DNA of 64,000 nucleotides from an uncultured Piscirickettsiaceae bacterium (GTDB lineage Bacteria; Pseudomonadota; Gammaproteobacteria; GCF-002020875): NCBI GenBank assembly GCA_964344325.1, contig CAYFMX010000001.1, positions 81,421 to 145,420 of the forward strand, read 5' to 3'. Shown piece by piece: positions 63,171 to 64,000 of this stretch (position 1 is its first letter; each line of letters starts with the position of its first letter). The notes under the pieces were generated by a model. It saw only the letters and a program-made list of their open reading frames with translations, ran no database searches and was not told where the DNA came from. The position numbers and the translations under genes were made by a program.

Positions 63171-64000
63171 ATAATACAACTATATACAACACACTTAAAG
63201 AGAATATAGTCTTAAACTCTTTACTATTTGCGATTATTTCAAGCATTATATATTGGACTTTCGTTTCGTTTCTCTTTATTGAAAGAGTTGGGGACTATGA
63301 TGATATGGCATTTGATACCATCAATACCATTGAATCTAAAATCTCACATGAACCCACACAAAGAATACTTGTTTTTGAAATAGATGATATATTTCTCAAG
63401 AAACAAAATCTTATGGACAGTAATAACTTGCTTAACAAAAATTACAATGATTTTCTTCCTAGAAAATACTTAATAGATTTCATTCAAAAAACTGATCAAA
63501 TAAATCCAAAATTACTTTTCATAGATCTAAACTTAAACAATAAAAAGCAACAACTTGAAGACAAAAAACTAATAAATTTACTGAAAAAAAAGAGAAACTA
63601 TCCTATATTTTTTACACATAACACTAACTCTAATTTTATAGAAGTAGAAAAAATAGAAGGCGTATATTTTGTATCAACAAAACTAGCTGTAAGCTTTGAT
63701 AATAAAATCAGACAATATTATTCATATTTGGAAAGAGAAGACACACATGGAGAATTAAAGAAATATTATTTTGCCCCTCTAGTATTTTTAGGCATGGACA
63801 CATCCAAGTTAACAAAAGATTACAATGTGGTAAATAATCGCTTTATATACAAGGATAGATTTACAGATCAGGATTCTATAGAAAAAAGCTATTGGAAAAA
63901 TATAAATTTCTATTCATTTGATACAGACATAATAAGCTTAAGAAAAGATAATACGGAAAATTCTATTATATTTTTAGGAACAAATCATAGCGACAAAAAC
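63167..64000 (+). CDS. CHASE2-like sensor domain protein, N-terminal part (3' end outside the window)
   Basis: The ATG at 63167 overlaps the upstream TGA (ATGA), and the frame stays open to the window end. There is an N-terminal TM helix. ILVFEIDDIFL...LPRKYLIDFIQKT...PKLLFIDLNL...KKLINLLKK..YPIFF follows the CHASE2 pattern. Confidence 0.5.
   Translation, partial: MNNTTIYNTLKENIVLNSLLFAIISSIIYWTFVSFLFIERVGDYDDMAFDTINTIESKISHEPTQRILVFEIDDIFLKKQNLMDSNNLLNKNYNDFLPRKYLIDFIQKTDQINPKLLFIDLNLNNKKQQLEDKKLINLLKKKRNYPIFFTHNTNSNFIEVEKIEGVYFVSTKLAVSFDNKIRQYYSYLEREDTHGELKKYYFAPLVFLGMDTSKLTKDYNVVNNRFIYKDRFTDQDSIEKSYWKNINFYSFDTDIISLRKDNTENSIIFLGTNHSDKN

Overview
The backbone looks gammaproteobacterial and has moderate GC. 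I cannot name the species. Core genes are hemE, rpmE, yrfG, cysQ, bioF, sucCD, feoABC, slyX, uup, queF, bioH/bioC, a 2-Cys peroxiredoxin, avtA, a PilE-like pilin, dsbA, ppc-hemC-hemD, orn, class I fumarase, tRNA-Phe, a class V aminotransferase, selO and hemH.

This backbone is interrupted by visibly AT-rich accessory insertions:
- (i) A truncated AAA ATPase plus an RloB-like gene at the left edge.
- (ii) A YbjQ + LamG islet.
- (iii) An exported caspase-FGE fusion plus a DUF4384-like gene whose stop overlaps the bioF start.
- (iv) A doubly inactivated brnT with an intact brnA, wedged between bioH and bioC.
- (v) A roughly 6.6-kb P4-like integrative satellite at tRNA-Phe. It carries an integrase, AlpA, a Toprim primase, a RecA-like ATPase, an iteron-rich putative origin and AT-rich cargo.
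- (vi) An AT-rich three-gene cassette of unrecognisable proteins at 52.8-57.0 kb. I rank this as the best candidate for an undescribed system.
- (vii) A single-gene insertion encoding a zinc ribbon plus an NDT/TIR-like Rossmann domain.
- (viii) An exported caspase-OmpA fusion coupled by an ATGA overlap to a CHASE2 protein at the right edge.

Non-coding and other observations:
- A cluster of Fur-box-like sites, including a possible Fur-controlled ~120-nt terminated transcript.
- A ~90-nt terminator-bearing element present twice, 40 kb apart.
- Several perfect short tandem duplications.
- A (GNT)n coding tract.
- An IS3 remnant.
- A PEPC whose catalytic GYSDSxKD loop is substituted.

No rRNA genes or CRISPR arrays were seen. 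All family assignments come from reading motifs by eye; no database was searched.
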